Shown: positions 62,275 to 64,000 of the stretch, one piece after another
Numbering within the stretch: the first letter of the stretch is position 1
How the letters are laid out: each line of letters begins with the position of its first letter
Origin: Lama glama
Taxonomy: Eukaryota
Reading direction: 5' to 3'
NCBI GenBank assembly: GCA_028534125.1
Contig: CM052816.1
Location: 3,846,001-3,910,000, forward strand
DNA length: 64,000 bases
The notes under the pieces: model-generated
Databases searched by the model: none
What the model saw: the letters and a program-made list of their open reading frames with translations, nothing else
What the model was told of the DNA's origin: nothing
Made by a program: the position numbers and the translations under genes

Positions 62275-62588
62275 CTCACAGACACAGAAAACAAACTTAC
62301 GGTTACCGGCGGGGAAGAGGGTGGGAAGAGGTAAATTGAGAGTTTGAGATTTGCAGATACCAACTAATATACATGAAATAGATAAACAACAAGTTATACT
62401 GTATAGCACAGGGAACTATATTTAGTATCTTGTAGTAACTTATGGTGAAAAAGAATATGAAATGAATATATGTATGTTCCTACATGACTGAAGAATTGTG
62501 CTGTACACCAGAAATGGACACACTGTAAACTGACTGTACTTCATTAAAAATATATTTTAAAAATTAATAAAATAAAAATTTAAAAAAG
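62275..62588 (+). mobile_element. 5'-truncated camelid-type L1 (3' UTR plus A-rich tail)
   Basis: CTCACAGACACAGAAAACAAACTTACGGTTACC..ATACTGTATAGCACAGGGAACTATA..TGCTGTACACCAGAAA..ACTTCATTAAAAA. TSD core TTTATTTG at 62267-62274 and 62589-62596. Confidence 0.9.
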
Positions 62589-63299
62589 TTTATTTGTACT
62601 AATGCTTAGAAGAGAACCAAAGGTCTTCTTGATTTGAAAGTCTACACTAGATGCATCTCCAATGCTGCAAGATCCCAGAATCCGTTAGACATTCTGGAAT
62701 GTTCATTCTGACAGCTCATAAGTGGCATTATTTTAAAAACATCCTTTTAACTGCTGTATACTTCCCCAAACATAACCAAAAAACCAAGAAACAAGAATGG
62801 ATAAACTTACCTCAACTGGGTTCTGAAATACTTTGTTGGGAGTGCTAATGATTTCTGAAACACAAGGATGAGACTACGATGTGTCTGGGCTGATCCCAAG
62901 GCAAAGACACTCAAACTTGGGACAATCGATGCTCCATGACGGGAGCACCCCATGCCTCCGTATCTAGAGCTCTCTCAAGTCAGAGATGGCAAAGGAGTCC
63001 TGGGCAGCTGAGCAGCAGCAAAAATACCCCCACGTGTGCATGGGGCTTTCTGTTGCAGAAAACATTTCCACATCCTTCACTTCCTTTATGCATGTAACAT
63101 TATCAGGGGCAATCGAAACCCCCCTCTTTACAGATGAGACATTTAATTCCCTGAATTTTACCTGACTTTAAAAATCATGCACATTTTAAAAGTTGCACTC
63201 AAACTCACATGCAAGTCTATCAAATGTGACAACACGGATGATGATTCTAAGGGTTGGCTGTGTGCGTTGTGTTTTCACTGTGTGCCATGTAACATCGGT

Positions 63300-63870
63300 A
63301 GGAGCCTTTTAAATTAACTTATCCATCCTCACCACCCTGTTGTATGGATGGAAAAATCTAGACTCAAGAGGCCAGGGGGCTTGCCCTGAGTCACACAGTC
63401 AGAAGCCAGCGGGTAACCCCCACCAGTCTGGCCGCAGAGCCCACGGTGCTGACCATGGCCACCACATGGTCCCCCAGGTCAGACTGCTGCCCTGACCATC
63501 AGGTGGAGGCTGGGGCCTTCAGTGCTTCAAGAACACTCATGAATGTATCAACTAAAGAAAGCCAGATAACTATGTATCATTAACACCGGTTGGAAGAATT
63601 TGTGACCAATTTTATACCTAACAGAATAAGAAACATTTCAGGCATCACTATCTGCTAAAAAGCTTTAAGGATTTGGAGTTCACACTTTGACGCCAACTAG
63701 CTGTGTGCTTCTGATGGGCGTATCTCTTGTCTCCTTAAATTTCTCCATTTCCTCCTTCATACAATGGAGGTACTAATGGAAAAGCCCCGTAGGGTCATTT
63801 GGGCAGGAGAAGGAGATGATACACGTGTGCCTGGCAACGGTCAAGTGCTCAACAAATGGGAACGTCAATA
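63300..63870. mobile_element. MIR remnants (-, about 63300-63460; +, about 63660-63870)
   Basis: CTTGCCCTGAGTCACACAG..GCAGAGCCCA and CTAGCTGTGTG..TTTCCTCCT..ACAATGGAG..GTGCCTGGCA..AAGTGCTCAACAAAT. Confidence 0.55.
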
Positions 63871-64000
63871 ATTTTTAAAAGTATAACAGTGCATCTAAAT
63901 CTATCACTCTGAGAATATGGAGCTCTGGTTCTTTGCTCAAGGTATTTGCTCCCTCAACCTGGAAGACTCAGTCCACCTCTATCACCACCTTGTAAGCATT

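Noticed and set aside
1..64000. CRISPR array, operon, defence system or other novel multi-gene system
   Set aside because: This is eukaryotic repeat-rich non-coding DNA with no regularly spaced repeat-spacer array and no intact long ORFs. The remaining 60-140 aa ORFs look like chance or repeat-derived frames.

Overview
This is mammalian, CpG-depleted genomic DNA, most likely from a camelid (alpaca, llama or camel), judged from four copies of a tRNA-derived SINE matching the camelid vic-1 type and cetartiodactyl-type L1 3' ends. I found no host protein-coding exon, RNA gene or CRISPR array. The window reads as intronic or intergenic DNA densely filled with transposable-element fossils: L1 of several ages, L2, MIR, a long L3/CR1 remnant, MaLR, ERV1 and ERVL solo LTRs, and hAT/mariner DNA transposons. 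It also has two 500-N assembly gaps. The only recognisable protein fragments are decayed L1 ORF2 and CR1 reverse transcriptase. The best sequence-level observations are: (i) an LTR-derived polyadenylated RNA end apparently retroposed in trans by L1, with a perfect 15-bp TSD (14953-15141); (ii) a multi-layer nest of insertions with readable TSDs inside an L3/CR1 element (6943-9810); (iii) two independent same-family solo LTRs 2.4 kb apart, one carrying a tandem duplication that creates a GAS/STAT motif; and (iv) repeat-free homeodomain-motif clusters that may be enhancers. I see no evidence of a novel multi-gene biological system. Repeat family names come from my recall of consensus sequences and many boundaries are approximate; RepeatMasker/Dfam is needed to confirm them.
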